A stretch of 64,000 bases of DNA from the human T2T-CHM13v2.0 reference genome, Homo sapiens. The stretch lies in NCBI RefSeq assembly GCF_009914755.1, contig NC_060926.1; one strand, given 5' to 3'. Positions 42,580 to 57,500 of the stretch are shown in pieces. The position numbers were made by a program, and so were the translations under genes. A model generated the notes under the pieces. It was not told the origin of the DNA, did not search any database, and saw nothing but the letters and a program-made list of their open reading frames with translations. Position 1 is the first letter of the stretch; every line of letters begins with the position of its first letter.

Positions 42580-45500
42580 TGGGATGTTTCAATTGAAGTC
42601 ACAGTGTTGAACAGTCCCTTTCATAGAGCAGGTTTGAAACACTCTTTTTGTAGTATCTGGATGTGGACATTTGGAGCGCTTTCAGGCCTATGGTGAAAAA
42701 GGAAATATCTTCCCCTGAAAACTAGACAGAAGCATTCTCAGAAACTTATTTGTGATGTGCGCCCTCAACTAACAGTGTTGAAGCTTTCTTTTGATAGAGC
42801 AGTTTTGAAACACTCTTTTTGTGGAATCTGCAAGTGGATATTTGTCTAGCTTTGAGGATTTCGTTGGAAACGGGATTACATATAAAAAGCAGACAGCAGC
42901 ATTCCCAGAATCTTCTTTGTGATGTTTGCATTCAAGTCACAGAGTTGAACATTCCCTTTCATAGAGCAGGTTTGAAACACTCTTTTTATAGTATCTGGAT
43001 GTGGACACTTGGAGCGCTTTCAGGCCTATGGTGAAAAAGGAAATATCTTCTCCTGAAAACTAGACAGAAGCATTCTCAGAATCTTATTTGTGATGTGCGC
43101 CCTCAACTAACAGTGTTGAAGCTTTCTTTTGATAGAGCAGTTTTGAAACACTCTTTTTGTAAAATCTGCAAGAGGATATTTGGATAGCTTTGAGGATTTC
43201 GTTGGAAACGGGATTGTCTTCATATAAACTCTAGACAGAAGCATTCTCAGAAGCTTCATTGGGATGTTTCAATTGAAGTCACAGTGTTGAACAGTTCCTT
43301 TCATAGAACAGGTTTGAAACACTCTTTTTGTAGTATCTGGAAGTGGACATTTGGAGCGCTCTCAGGACTAAGGTGAAAAAGGAAATATCTTCCAATAAAA
43401 GCTACATAGAAGCAGTGTCAGAAACTTTTTCATGATGTATCTACTCAGCTAACAGAGTTGAACCTTTCCTTTGAGAGAGCAGTTTTGAAACACTCTTTTT
43501 GTGGAATCTGCAAGTGGATATTTGTCTAGCTTTGAGGATTTCGTTGGAAACGGGATTACATATAAAAAGCAGACAGCAGCATTCCCAGTAACTTCTTTGT
43601 GATGTTTGCATTCAAGTCACAGAGTTGAACATTCCCTTTCATAGAGCAGGTTTGAAACACTCTTTTTGTAGTATCTGGATGTGGACATTTGGAGCGCTTT
43701 CAGGCCTATGGTGAAAAAGGAAATATCTTCCCCTGAAAACTAGACAGAAGCATTCTCAGAATCTTATTTGTGTTGTGCGCCCTCAACTAACAGTGTTGAA
43801 GCTTTCTTTTGATAGAGCAGTTTTGAAACACTCTTTTTGTAAAATCTGCAAGAGGATATTTGGATAGCTTTGAAGATTTCGTTGGAAACGGGATTGTCTT
43901 CATATAAACTCTAGAGAGAAGCATTCTCAGAAGCTTCATTGGGATGTTTCAATTGAAGTCACAGTGTTGAACAGTCCCTTTCATAGAGGAGGTTTGAAAC
44001 ACTCTTTTTGTAGTATCTGGAAGTGGACATTTGGAGTGATCTCAGGAATACGGTGATAAAGGAAATATCTTCCAATAAAAGCTAGATAGAAGCAATGTCA
44101 GAAACTTTTTCATGATGTATCTACTCAGCTAACAGAGTTGAACCTTTCTTTTGAGAGAGCAGTTTTGAAACACTCTTTTTGTGGAATCTGCAAGTGGATA
44201 TTTGTCTAGCTTTGAGGATTTCGTTGGAAACGGATTACATATAAAAAGCAGACAGCAGCATTCCCAGAAACTTCTTTGTGAAGTTTGCATTCAAGTCACA
44301 GAGTTGAACATTCCCTTTCACAGAGCAGGTTTGAAACACTCTTTTTGTAGTATCTGTATGTGGACATTTGGAGCGCTTTCAGGCCTATGGTGAAAAAGGA
44401 AATATCTTCCCCTGAAAACTAGACAGAAGCATTCTCAGAATCTTATTTGTGATGTGCGCCCTCAACTAACAGTGTTGAAGCTTTCTTTTGATAGAGCAGT
44501 TTTGAAACACTCTTTTTGTAAAATCTGCAAGAGGATATTTGGATAGCTTTGAGGATTTCGTTGGAAACGGGATTGTCTTCATATAAACTCTAGACAGAAG
44601 CATTCTCAGAAGCTTCATTGGGATGTTTCAATTGAAGTCACAGTGTTGAACAGTCCCTTTCATAGAGCAGGTTTGAAACACACTTTTTGTAGTATCTGGA
44701 AGTGGACATTTGCAGCGCTCTCAGGACTGCGGTGAAAAAGGAAATATCTTCCAATAAAAGCTAGATAGAAGCAATGTCAGAAACTTTTTCATGATGTATC
44801 TACTCAGCTAACAGAGTTGAACCTTCCTTTGAGAGAGCAGTTTTGAAACACTCTTTTTGTGGAATCTGCAAGTGGATATTTGTCTAGCTTTGAGGATTTC
44901 GTTGGAAACGGGATTACATATAAAAAGCAGACAGCAGCATTCCCAGAAACTTCTTTGTGATGTTTGCATTCAAGTCACAGAGTTGAACATTCCCTTTCAT
45001 AGAGCAGGTTTGAAACACTCTTTTTGTAGTATCTGGAAGTGGACATTTGGAGAGATCTCAGGAATACGGTGATAAAGGAAATATCTTCCAATAAAAGCTA
45101 GATAGAAGCAATGTCAGAAACTTTTTCATGATGTACCTACTCAGCTAACAGAGTTGAAACTTTCTTTTGAGAGAGCAGTTTTGAAACACTCTTTTTGTGG
45201 AATCTGCAAGTGGATATTTGTCTAGCTTTGAGGATATCGTTGGAAACGGGATTACATATAAAAAGCAGACAGCTGCATTCCCAGAAACTTCTTTGTGATG
45301 TTTGCATTCAAGTCACAGAGTTGAACATTCCCTTTCATAGAGCAGGTTTGAAACACTCTTTTTGTAGTATCTGGATGTGGACATTTGGAGCGCTTTCAGG
45401 CCTATGGTGAAAAAGGAAATATCTTCCCCTGAAAACTAGACAGAAGCATTCTCAGAATCTTATTTGTGATGTGCGCCCTCAATTAACAGTGTTGAAGCTT

Positions 45501-46485
45501 TCTTTTGATAGAGCAGTTTTGAAACACTCTTTTTGTAAAATCTGCAAGAGGATATTTGGATAGCTTTGAGGATTTCGTTGGAAACGGGATTGTCTTCATA
45601 TAAACTCTAGACAGAAGCATTCTCAGAAGCTTCATTGGGATGTTTCAATTGAAGTCACAGTGTTGAACAGTCCCTTTCATAGAGCAGGTTTGAAACACTC
45701 TTTTTGTAGTATCTGGAAGTGGACATTTGGAGCGCTCTCAGGACTACGGTGAAAAAGGAAGTATCTTCCAATAAAAGCTAGATAGAAGCAATGTCAGAAA
45801 CTTTTTCATGATGTATCTACTCAGCTAACAGAGTTGAACCTTTCTTTTGAGAGAGCAGTTTTGAAACACTCTTTTTGTGGAATCTGCAAGTGGATATTTG
45901 TCTAGCTTTGAGGATTTCGTTGGAAACGGGATTACATATAAAAAGCAGACAGCAGCATTCCCAGAAACTTCTTTGTGATGTTTGCATTCAAGTCACACAG
46001 TTGAACATTCCCTTTCATAGAGCAGGTTTGAAACACTCTTTTTGTAGTATCTGGATGTGGACATTTGGAGCGCTTTCAGGCCTATGGTGAAAAAGGAAAT
46101 ATCTTCCCCTGAAAACTAGACAGAAGCATTCTCAGAATCTTATTTGTGATGTGCGCCCTCAACTAACAGTGTTGAAGCTTTCTTTTGATAGAGCAGTTTT
46201 GAAACACTCTTTTTGTAAAATCTGCAAGAGGATATTTGGATAGCTTTGAGGATTTCTTTGGAAACGGGATTGTCTTCATATAAACTCTAGACAGAAGCAT
46301 TCTCAGAAGCTTCATTGGGATGTTTCAATTGAAGTCACAGTGTTGAACAGTCCCTTTCATAGAGCAGGTTTGAAACACTCTTTTTGTAGTATCTGGATGT
46401 GGACATTTGGAGCGCTTTCAGGCCTATGGTGAAAAAGGAAATATCTTCCCCTGAAAACTAGACAGAAGCATTCTCAGAAACTTAT
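42580..46485 (+). repeat. ~3.9-kb block re-copied 12,227 bp downstream (about 54807-58712)
   Basis: ORF variants recur at 42819/55046, 44181/56408, 44857/57084, 45195/57422, 45875/58102. Shared AACACACTTT, TTTGCAGCG and TTGAAACTTTC variants. Confidence 0.85.
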
Positions 46486-48030
46486 CTGTGATGTGCGCCC
46501 TCAACTAACAGTGTTGAAGCATTCTTTTGATAGAGCAGTTTTGAAACACTCTTTTTGTGGAATCTGCAAGTAGATATTGTCTAGCTTTGAGGATTTCGTT
46601 GGAAACGGGATTACATATAAAAAGCAGACAGCAGCATTCCCAGAAAGTTCTTTGTGATGCTTGCATTCAAGTCACAGAGTTGAACATTCCCTTTCATAGA
46701 GCAGGTTTGAAACACTCTTTTTGTAGTATCTGGATGTGGACATTTGGAGCGCTTTCAGGCCTATGGTGAAAAAGGAAATATCTTCCCCTGAAAACTAGAC
46801 AGAAGCATTCTCAGAAACTTATTTGTGATGTGCGCCGTCAACTAACAGTGTTGAAGCTTTCTTTTGATAGAGCAGTTTTGAAACACTCTTTTTGTGGAAT
46901 CTGCAAGTGGATATTTGTCTAGCTTTTAGGATTTCGTTGGAAACGGGATTACATATAAAAAGCAGACAGCAGCATTCCCAGAATCTTCTTTGTGATGTTT
47001 GCATTCAAGTCACAGAGTTGAACATTCCCTTTCATAGAGCAGGTTTGAAACACTCTTTTTATAGTATCTGGATGTGGACATTTGGAGCGCTTTCAGGCCT
47101 ATGGTGAAAAAGGAAATATCTTCTCCTGAAAACTAGACAGAAGCATTCTCAGAATCTTATTTGTGATGTGCGCCCTCAACTAACAGTGTTGAAGCTTTCT
47201 TTTGATAGAGCAGTTTTGAAACACTCTTTTTGTAAAATCTGCAAGAGGATATTTGGATAGCTTTGAGGATTTCATTGGAAACGGGATTGTCTTCATATAA
47301 ACTCTAGACAGAAGCATTCTCAGAAGCTTCATTGGGATGTTTCAATTGATGTCACAGTGTTGAACAGTCCCTTTCATAGAGCAGGTTTGAAACACTCTTT
47401 TTGTAGTATCTGGAAGTGGACATTTGGAGCGCTCTCAGGACTACGGTGAAAAAGGAAATATCTTCCAATAAAAGCTACATAGAAGCAATGTCAGAAACTT
47501 TTTCATGATGTATCTACTCAGCTAACAGAGTTGAACCTTTCTTTTGAGAGAGCAGTTTTGAAACACTCTTTTTGTGGAATCTGGAAGTGGATATTTGTAT
47601 AGCTTTGAGGATTTCGTTGGAAACGGGATTACATATAAAAAGCAGACAGCAGCATTCCCAGTAACTTCTTTGTGATGTTTGCATTCAAGTCAAAAAGTTG
47701 AACATTCCCTTTCATAGAGCAGGTTTGAAACACTCTTTTTGTAGTATCTGTATGTGGACATTTGGAGCGCTTTCAGGCCTATGGTGAAAAAGGAAATATC
47801 TTCCCCTGAAAACTAGACAGAAGCATTCTCAGAATCTTATTTGTGATATGCGCTCTCAACTAACAGTGTTGAAGCTTTCTTTTGATAGAGCAGTTTTGAA
47901 ACACTCTTTTTGTAAAATCTGCAAGAGGATATTTGGATAGCTTTGAGGATTTCGTTGGAAACGGGATTGTCTTCATATAAACTCTAGACAGAAGCATTCT
48001 CAGAAGCTTCATTGGGATGTTTCAATTGAA
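46433..48030 (+). repeat. ~1.6-kb variant-rich block re-copied 3,057 bp downstream (about 49490-51090)
   Basis: ORF variants recur at 46557/49614 and 46892/49949. Shared CTTATCTGTG, GCCGTCA, TTTTAGG, TTCATTGG, CAAAAAGTTG and GATATGCGCTCTC. Confidence 0.88.
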
Positions 48031-51000
48031 GTCACAGTGTTGAACAGTCCCTTTCATAGAGCAGGTTTGAAACACTCTTTTTGTAGTATCTGGAAGTGGA
48101 CATTTTGAGAGATCTCAGGAATACGGTGTTAAAGGAAATATCTTCCAATAAAAGCTAGATAGAAGCAATGTCAGAAACTTTTTCATGATGTATCTACTCA
48201 ACTAACAGAGTTGAACTTTTCTTTTGAGAGAGCAGTTTTGAAACACTCTTTTTGTGGAATCTGCAAGTGGATATTTGTCTAGCTTTGAGGATTTCGTTGG
48301 AAACGGGATTACATATAAAAAGCAGACAGCAGGATTCCCACAAACTTCTTTGCGATGTTTGCATTCAAGTCACAGAGTTGAACATTCCCTTTCATAGAGC
48401 AGGTTTGAAACACTCTTTTTGTAGTATCTGGATGTGGACATTTGGAGCGCCTTCAGGCCTATGGTGAAAAAGGAAATATCTTCCCCTGAAAACTAGACAG
48501 AAGCATTCTCAGAATCTTATTTGTGATGTGCGCCCTCAACTAACAGTGTTGAAGCTTTCTTTTGATAGAGCAGTGTTGAAACACTCTTTTTGTAAAATCT
48601 GCAAGAGGATATTTGGATAGCTTTGAGGATTTCGTTGGAAACGGGATTGTCTTCATATAAACTCTAGACAGAAGCATTCTCAGAAGCTTCATTGGGATGT
48701 TTCAATTGAAGTCACAGTGTTGAACAGTCCCTTTCATAGAGCAGGTTTGAAACACTCTTTTTGTAGTATCTGGAAGTGGACATTTGGAGAGATCTCAGGA
48801 ATACGGTGATAAAGGAAATATCTTCCAATAAAAGCTACATAGAAGCAGTGTCAGAAACTTTTTCATGATGTATCTACTCAGCTAACAGAGTTGAACCTTT
48901 CTTTTGAGAGAGCAGTTTTGAAACACTCTTTTTGTGGAATCTGCAAGTGGATATTTGTCTAGCTTTGAGGATTTCGTTGGAAACGGGATTACATATAAAA
49001 AGCAGACAGCTGCATTCCCAGAAACTTCTTTGTGATGTTTGCATTCAAGTCACAGAGTTGAACATTCCCTTTCATAGAGCAGGCTTGAAACACTCTTTTT
49101 GTAGTATCTGGATGTGGACATTTGGAGCGCTTTCAGGCCTATGGTGAAAAAGGAAATATCTTCCCCTGAAAACTAGACAGAAGCATTCTCAGAATCTTAT
49201 TTTTGATGTGCGCCCTCAACTAACAGTGTTGAAGCTTTCTTTTGATAGAGCAGTTTTGAAACACTCTTTTTGTAAAATCTGCAAGAGGATATTTGGATAG
49301 CTTAGAGGATTTCGTTGGAAACAGGATTGTCTTCATATAAACTCTAGACAGAAGCATTCTCAGAAGCTTCATTGGGATGTTTCAATTGAAGTCACAGTGT
49401 TGAACAGTCCCTTTCATAGAGCAGGTTTGAAACACTCTTTTTGTAGTATCTGGATGTGGACATTTGGAGCGCTTTCAGGCCTATGGTTTAAAAGGAAATA
49501 TCTTCCCCTGAAAACTAGACAGAAGCATTCTCAGAAACTTATCTGTGATGTGCGCCCTCAACTAACAGTGTTGAAGCATTCTTTTGATAGAGCAGTTTTG
49601 AAACACTCTTTTTGTGGAATCTGCAAGTAGATATTGTCTAGCTTTGAGGATTTCGTTGGAAACGGGATTACCTATAAAAAGCAGACAGCAGCATTCCCAG
49701 AAAGTTCTTTGTGATGCTTGCATTCAAGTCACAGAGTTGAACATTCCCTTTCATAGAGCAGGTTTGAAACACTCTTTTTGTAGTATCTGGATGTGGACAT
49801 TTGGAGCGCTTTCAGGCCTATGGTGAAAAAGGAAATATCTTCCCCTGAAAACTAGACAGAAGCATTCTCAGAAACTTATTTGTGATGTGCGCCGTCAACT
49901 AACAGTGTTGAAGCTTTCTTTTGATAGAGCAGTTTTGAAACACTCTTTTTGTGGAATCTGCAAGTGGATATTTGTCTAGCTTTTAGGATTTCGTTGGAAA
50001 CGGGATTACATATAAAAAGCAGACAGCAGCATTCCCAGAATCTTCTTTGTGATGTTTGCATTCAAGTCACAGAGTTGAACATTCCCTTTCATAGAGCAGG
50101 TTTGAAACACTCTTTTTATAGTATCTGGATGTGGACATTTGGAGCGCTTTCAGGCCTATGGTGAAAAAGGAAATATCTTCTCCTGAAAACTAGACAGAAG
50201 CATTCTCAGAATCTTATTTGTGATGTGCGCCCTCAACTAACAGTGTTGAAGCTTTCTTTTGATAGAGCAGTTTTGAAACACTCTTTTTGTAAAATCTGCA
50301 AGAGGATATTTGGATAGCTTTGAGGATTTCATTGGAAACGGGATTGTCTTCATATAAACTCTAGACAGAAGCATTCTCAGAAGCCTCATTGGGATGTTTC
50401 AATTGATGTCACAGTGTTGAACAGTCCCTTTCATAGAGCAGGTTTGAAACACTCTTTTTGTAGTATCTGGAAGTGGACATTTGGAGCGCTCTCAGGACTA
50501 CGGTGAAAAAGGAAATATCTTCCAATAAAAGCTACATAGAAGCAATGTCAGAAACTTTTTCATGATGTATCTACTCAGCTAACAGAGTTGAACCTTTCTT
50601 TTGAGAGAGCAGTTTTGAAACACTCTTTTTGTGGAATCTGGAAGTGGATATTTGTATAGCTTTGAGGATTTCGTTGGAAACGGGATTACATATAAAAAGC
50701 AGACAGCAGCATTCCCAGTAACTTCTTTGTGATGTTTGCATTCAAGTCAAAAAGTTGAACATTCCCTTTCATAGAGCAGGTTTGAAACACTCTTTTTGTA
50801 GTATCTGTATGTGGACATTTGGAGCGCTTTCAGGCCTATGGTGAAAAAGGAAATATCTTCCCCTGAAAACTAGACAGAAGCATTCTCAGAATCTTATTTG
50901 TGATATGCGCTCTCAACTAACAGTGTTGAAGCTTTCTTTTGATAGAGCAGTTTTGAAACACTCTTTTTGTAAAATCTGCAAGAGGATATTTGGATAGCTT

Positions 51001-52999
51001 TGAGGATTTCGTTGGAAACGGGATTGTCTTCATATAAACTCTAGACAGAAGCATTCTCAGAAGCTTCATTGGGATGTTTCAATTGAAGTCTCAGTGTTGA
51101 ACAGTCCCTTTCATAGAGCAGGTTTGAAACACTCTTTTTGTAGTATCTGGAAGTGGACATTTGGAGAGATCTCAGGAATACGGTGATAAAGGAAATATCT
51201 TCCAATAAAAGCTAGATAGAAGCAATGTCAAAAACTTTTTCATGATGTATCTACACAGCTAACAGAGTTGAACCTTTCTTTTGAGAGAGCAGTTTTGAAA
51301 CACTCTTTTTGTGGAATCTGCAAGTGGATATTTGTCTAGCTTTGAGGATTTCGTTGGAAACGGGATTACATATAAAAAGCAGACAGCAGCATTCCCACAA
51401 ACTTCTTTGTGATGTTTGCATTCAAGTCACAGAGTTGAACATTCCCTTTCATAGAGCAGGTTTGAAACACTCTTTTTGTAGTATCTGGATGTGGACATTT
51501 GGAGCGCTTTCAGGCCTATGGTGAAAAAGGAAATATCTTCCCCTGAAAACTAGACAGAAGCATTCTCAGAAACTTATTTGTGATGTGCGCCATCAACTAA
51601 CAGTGTTGAAGCTTTCTTTTGATAGAGCAGTTTTGAAACACTCTTTTTGTAAAATCTGCAAGAGGATATTTGTATAGCTTTGAGGATTTCGTTGGAAACG
51701 GGATTGTCTTCATATAAACTCTAGACAGAAGCATTCTCAGAAGCTTCATTGGGATGTTTCAATTGAAGTCACAGTGTTGAACAGTCCCTTTCATAGAGCA
51801 GGTTTGAAACACTCTTTTTGTAGTATCTGGAAGTGGACATTTTGAGAGATCTCAGGAATACGGTGATAAAGGAAATATCTTCCAATAAAAGCTAGATAGA
51901 AGCAATGTCAGAAACTTTTTCATGATGTATCTACTCAGCTAACAGAGTTGAACCTTTCTTTTGAGAGAGCAGTTTTGAAACACTCTTTTTGTGGAATCTG
52001 CAAGTTGATATTTGTCTAGCTTTGAGGATTTCGTTGGAAATGGGATTACATATAAAAAGCAGACAGCAGCATTCCCAGAAACTTCTTTGTGAAGTTTGCA
52101 TTCAAGTCACAGAGTTGAACATTCCCTTTCATAGAGCAGGTTTGAAACACTCTTTTTGTAGTATCTGGATGTGGACATTTGGAGCGCTTTCAGGCCTATG
52201 GTGAAAAAGGAAATATCTTCCCCTGAAAACTAGACAGAAGCATTCTCAGAATCTTATTTGTGATGTGCGCCCTCAACTAACAGTGTTGAAGCTTTCTTTT
52301 GATAGAGCAGTTTTGAAACACTCTTTTTGTAAAATCTGTAAGAGGATATTTGGATAGCTTTGAGGATTTCGTTGGAAACGGGATTGTCTTCATATAAACT
52401 CTAGACAGAAGCATTCTCAGAAGCTTCATTGGGATGTTTCAATTGAAGTCACAGTGTTGAACAGTCCCTTTCATAGAGCAGGTTTGAAACACTCTTTTTG
52501 TAGTATCTGGAAGTGGACATTTGGAGCGCTCTCAGGACTACGGTGAAAAAGGAAGTATCTTCCAATAAAAGCTAGATAGAAGCAATGTCGGAAACTTTTT
52601 CATGTTGTATCTACTCAGCTAACAGAGTTGAACCTTTCTTTTGAGAGAGCAGTTTTGAAACACTCTTTTTGTGGAATCTGCAAGTGGATATTTGTCTAGC
52701 TTTGAGGATTTCGTTGGAAACGGGATTACATATAAAAAGCAGACAGCAGCATTCCCAGAAACTTCTTTGTGATGTTTGCATTCAAGTCACAGAGTTGAAC
52801 ATTCCCTTTCATAGAGCAGGTTTGAAACACTCTTTTTGTAGTATCTGGATGTGGACATTTGGAGCGCTTTCAGGCCTATGGTGAAAAAGGAAATATCTTC
52901 CCCTGAAAACTAGACAGAAGCATTCTCAGAAACTTATTTGTGATGTGTGCCCTCAACTAACAGAGTTGAACCTTTCTTTTGATAGAGCAGTTTTGAAAC

Positions 53000-54540
53000 A
53001 CTCTTTTTGTAAAATCTGCAAGAGGATATTTGGATAGCTTTGAGGATTTCGTTGGAAACGGGATTGTCTTCATATAAACTCTAGACAGAAGCATTCTCAG
53101 AAGCTTCATTGGGATGTTTCAATTGAAGTCACAGTGTTGAACAGTCCCTTTCATAGAGCAGGTTTGAAACACTCTTTTTGTAGTATCTGGAAGTGGACAT
53201 TTGGAGCGCTCTCAGGACTGCGGTGAAAAAGGAAATATCTTCCAATAAAAGCTAGATAGAAGCAATGTCAGAAACTTTTTCATGATGTATCTACTCAGCT
53301 AACAGAGTTGAACCTTCCTTTGAGAGAGCAGTTTTGAAACACTCTTTTTGTGGAATCTGCAAGTGGATATTTGTCTAGCTTTGAGGATTTCGTTGGAAAC
53401 GGGATTACATATAAAAAGCAGACAGCAGCATTCCCAGAAACTTCTTTGTGATGTTTGCATTCAAGTCACAGAGTTGAACATTCCCTTTCATAGAGCAGGT
53501 TTGAAACACTCTTTTTGTAGTATCTGGATGTGGACATTTACAGCGCTTTCAGGCCTAAGGTGAAAAAGGAAATATCTTCCCCTGAAAACTAGACAGAAGC
53601 ATTCTCAGAAACTTATTTGTGATGTGCGCCCTCAACTAACAGTGTTGAAGCTTTCTTTTGATAGAGCAGTTTTGAAACACTCTTTTTGTGGAATCTGCAA
53701 GTGGATATTTGTCTAGCTTTGAGGATTTCGTTGGAAACGGGATTACATATAAAAAGCAGACAGCAGCATTCCCAGAATCTTGTTTGTGATGTTTGCATTC
53801 AAGTCACAGAGTTGAACATTCCCTTTCAGAGAGCAGGTTTGAAACACTCTTTTTATAGTATCTGGATGTGGACATTTTGAGCGCTTTCAGGCCTATGGTG
53901 AAAAAGGAAATATCTTCTCCTGAAAACTAGACAGAAGCATTCTCAGAATCTTATTTGTGATGTGCGCCCTCAACTAACAGTGTTGAAGCTTTCTTTTGAT
54001 AGAGCAGTTTTGAAACACTCTTTTCGTAAAATCTGCAAGAGGATATTTTGATAGCTTTGAGGATTTCGTTGGAAACGGGATTGTCTTCATATAAACTCTA
54101 GACAGAAGCATTCTCAGAAGCTTCATTGGGATGTTTCAATTGAAGTCACAGTGTTGAACAGTCCCTTTCATAGAGCAGGTTTGAAACACTCTTTTTGTAG
54201 TATCTGGAAGTGGACATTTGGAGAGATCTCAGGAATACGGTGATAAAGGAAATATCTTCCAATAAAAGCTAGATAGAAGCAATGTCAGAAACTTTTTCAT
54301 GATGTACCTACTCAGCTAACAGAGTTGAACCTTTCTTTTGAGAGAGCAGTTTTGAAACACTCTTTTTGTGGAATCTGCAAGTGGATATTTGTCTAGTTTT
54401 GAGGATTTCGTTGGAAACGGGATTACATATAAAAAGCAGACAGCTGCATTCCCAGAAACTTCTTTGTGATGTTTGCATTCAAGTCACAGAGTTGAACATT
54501 CCCTTTCATAGAGCAGGCTTGAAACACTCTTTTTGTAGTA
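53000..54540 (+). repeat. ~1.5-kb block re-copied 8,153 bp downstream (about 61153-62693)
   Basis: ORF variants recur at 53348/61501, 53686/61839, 54366/62519. Shared TTTACAGCG, CCTAAGG, CTTGTTTGT, TTCAGAGAG and CTAGTTTTG. Confidence 0.87.
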
Positions 54541-57500
54541 TCTGTATGTGGATATTTGGAGCGCTTTCAGGCCTATGGTGAAAAAGGAAATATCTTCCCC
54601 TGAAAACTAGACAGAAGCATTCTCAGAATCTTATTTGTGATGTGCGCCCTCAACTAACAGTGTTGAAGCTTTCTTTTGATAGAGCAGTTTTGAAACACTC
54701 TTTTTGTAAAATCTGCAAGAGGATATTTTGATAGCTTTGAGGATTTCTTTGGAAACGGGATTGTCTTCATATAAACTCTAGACAGAAGCATTCTCAGAAG
54801 CTTCATTGGGATGTTTCAATTGAAGTCACAGTGTTGAACAGTCCCTTTCATAGAGCAGGTTTGAAACACTCTTTTTGTAGTATCTGGATGTGGACATTTG
54901 GAGCGCTTTCAGGCCTATGGTGAAAAAGGAAATATCTTCCCCTGAAAACTAGACAGAAGCATTCTCAGAAACTTATTTGTGATGTGCGCCCTCAACTAAC
55001 AGTGTTGAAGCTTTCTTTTGATAGAGCAGTTTTGAAACACTCTTTTTGTGGAATCTGCAAGTGGATATTTGTCTAGCTTTGAGGATTTCGTTGGAAACGG
55101 GATTACATATAAAAAGCAGACAGCAGCATTCCCAGAATCTTCTTTGTGATGTTTGCATTCAAGTCACAGAGTTGAACATTCCCTTTCATAGAGCAGGTTT
55201 GAAACACTCTTTTTATAGTATCTGGATGTGGACACTTGGAGCGCTTTCAGGCCTATGGTGAAAAAGGAAATATCTTCTCCTGAAAACTAGACAGAAGCAT
55301 TCTCAGAATCTTATTTGTGATGTGCGCCCTCAACTAACAGTGTTGAAGCTTTCTTTTGATAGAGCAGTTTTGAAACACTCTTTTTGTAAAATCTGCAAGA
55401 GGATATTTGGATAGCTTTGAGGATTTCGTTGGAAACGGGATTGTCTTCATATAAACTCTAGACAGAAGCATTCTCAGAAGCTTCATTGGGATGTTTCAAT
55501 TGAAGTCACAGTGTTGAACAGTTCCTTTCATAGAACAGGTTTGAAACACTCTTTTTGTAGTATCTGGAAGTGGACATTTGGAGCGCTCTCAGGACTAAGG
55601 TGAAAAAGGAAATATCTTCCAATAAAAGCTACATAGAAGCAGTGTCAGAAACTTTTTCATGATGTATCTACTCAGCTAACAGAGTTGAACCTTTCCTTTG
55701 AGAGAGCAGTTTTGAAACACTCTTTTTGTGGAATCTGCAAGTGGATATTTGTGTAGCTTTGAGGATTTCGTTGGAAACGGGATTACATATAAAAAGAAGA
55801 CAGCAGCATTCCCAGTAACTTCTTTGTGATGTTTGCATTCAAGTCACAGAGTTGAACATTCCCTTTCATAGAGCAGGTTTGAAACACTCTTTTTGTAGTA
55901 TCTGGATGTGGACATTTGGAGCGCTTTCAGGCCTATGGTGAAAAAGGAAATATCTTCCCCTGAAAACTAGACAGAAGCATTCTCAGAATCTTATTTGTGA
56001 TGTGCGCCCTCAACTAACAGTGTTGAAGCTTTCTTTTGATAGAGCAGTTTTGAAACACTCTTTTTGTAAAATCTGCAAGAGGATATTTGGATAGCTTTGA
56101 AGATTTCGTTGGAAACGGGATTGCCTTCATATAAACTCTAGACAGAAGCATTCTCAGAAGCTTCATTGGGATGTTTCAATTGAAGTCACAGTGTTGAACA
56201 GTCCCTTTCATAGAGGAGGTTTGAAACACTCTTTTTGTAGTATCTGGAAGTGGACATTTGGAGTGATCTCAGGAATACGGTGATAAAGGAAATATCTTCC
56301 AATAAAAGCTAGATAGAAGCAATGTCAGAAACTTTTTCATGATGTATCTACTCAGCTAACAGAGTTGAACCTTTCTTTTGAGAGAGCAGTTTTGAAACAC
56401 TCTTTTTGTGGAATCTGCAAGTGGATATTTGTCTAGCTTTGAGGATTTCGTTGGAAACGGATTACATATAAAAAGCAGACAGCAGCATTCCCAGAAACTT
56501 CTTTGTGAAGTTTGCATTCAAGTCACAGAGTTGAACATTCCCTTTCATAGAGCAGGTTTGAAACACTCTTTTTGTAGTATCTGTATGTGGACATTTGGAG
56601 CGCTTTCAGGCCTATGGTGAAAAAGGAAATATCTTCCCCTGAAAACTAGACAGAAGCATTCTCAGAATCTTATTTGTGATGTGCGCCCTCAACTAACAGT
56701 GTTGAAGCTTTCTTTTGATAGAGCAGTTTTGAAACACTCTTTTTGTAAAATCTGCAAGAGGATATTTGGATAGCTTTGAAGATTTCGTTGGAAACGGGAT
56801 TGTCTTCATATAAACTCTAGACAGAAGCATTCTCAGAAGCTTCATTGGGATGTTTCAATTGAAGTCACAGTGTTGAACAGTCCCTTTCATAGAGCAGGTT
56901 TGAAACACACTTTTTGTAGTATCTGGAAGTGGACATTTGCAGCGCTCTCAGGACTGCGGTGAAAAAGGAAATATCTTCCAATAAAAGCTAGATAGAAGCA
57001 ATGTCAGAAACTTTTTCATGATGTATCTACTCAGCTAACAGAGTTGAACCTTCCTTTGAGAGAGCAGTTTTGAAACACTCTTTTTGTGGAATCTGCAAGT
57101 GGATATTTGTCTAGCTTTGAGGATTTCGTTGGAAACGGGATTACATATAAAAAGCAGACAGCAGCATTCCCAGAAACTTCTTTGTGATGTTTGCATTCAA
57201 GTCACAGAGTTGAACATTCCCTTTCATAGAGCAGGTTTGAAACACTCTTTTTGTAGTATCTGGAAGTGGACATTTGGAGAGATCTCAGGAATACGGTGAT
57301 AAAGGAAATATCTTCCAATAAAAGCTAGATAGAAGCAATGTCAGAAACTTTTTCATGATGTACCTACTCAGCTAACAGAGTTGAAACTTTCTTTTGAGAG
57401 AGCAGTTTTGAAACACTCTTTTTGTGGAATCTGCAAGTGGATATTTGTCTAGCTTTGAGGATTTCGTTGGAAACGGGATTACATATAAAAAGCAGACAGC

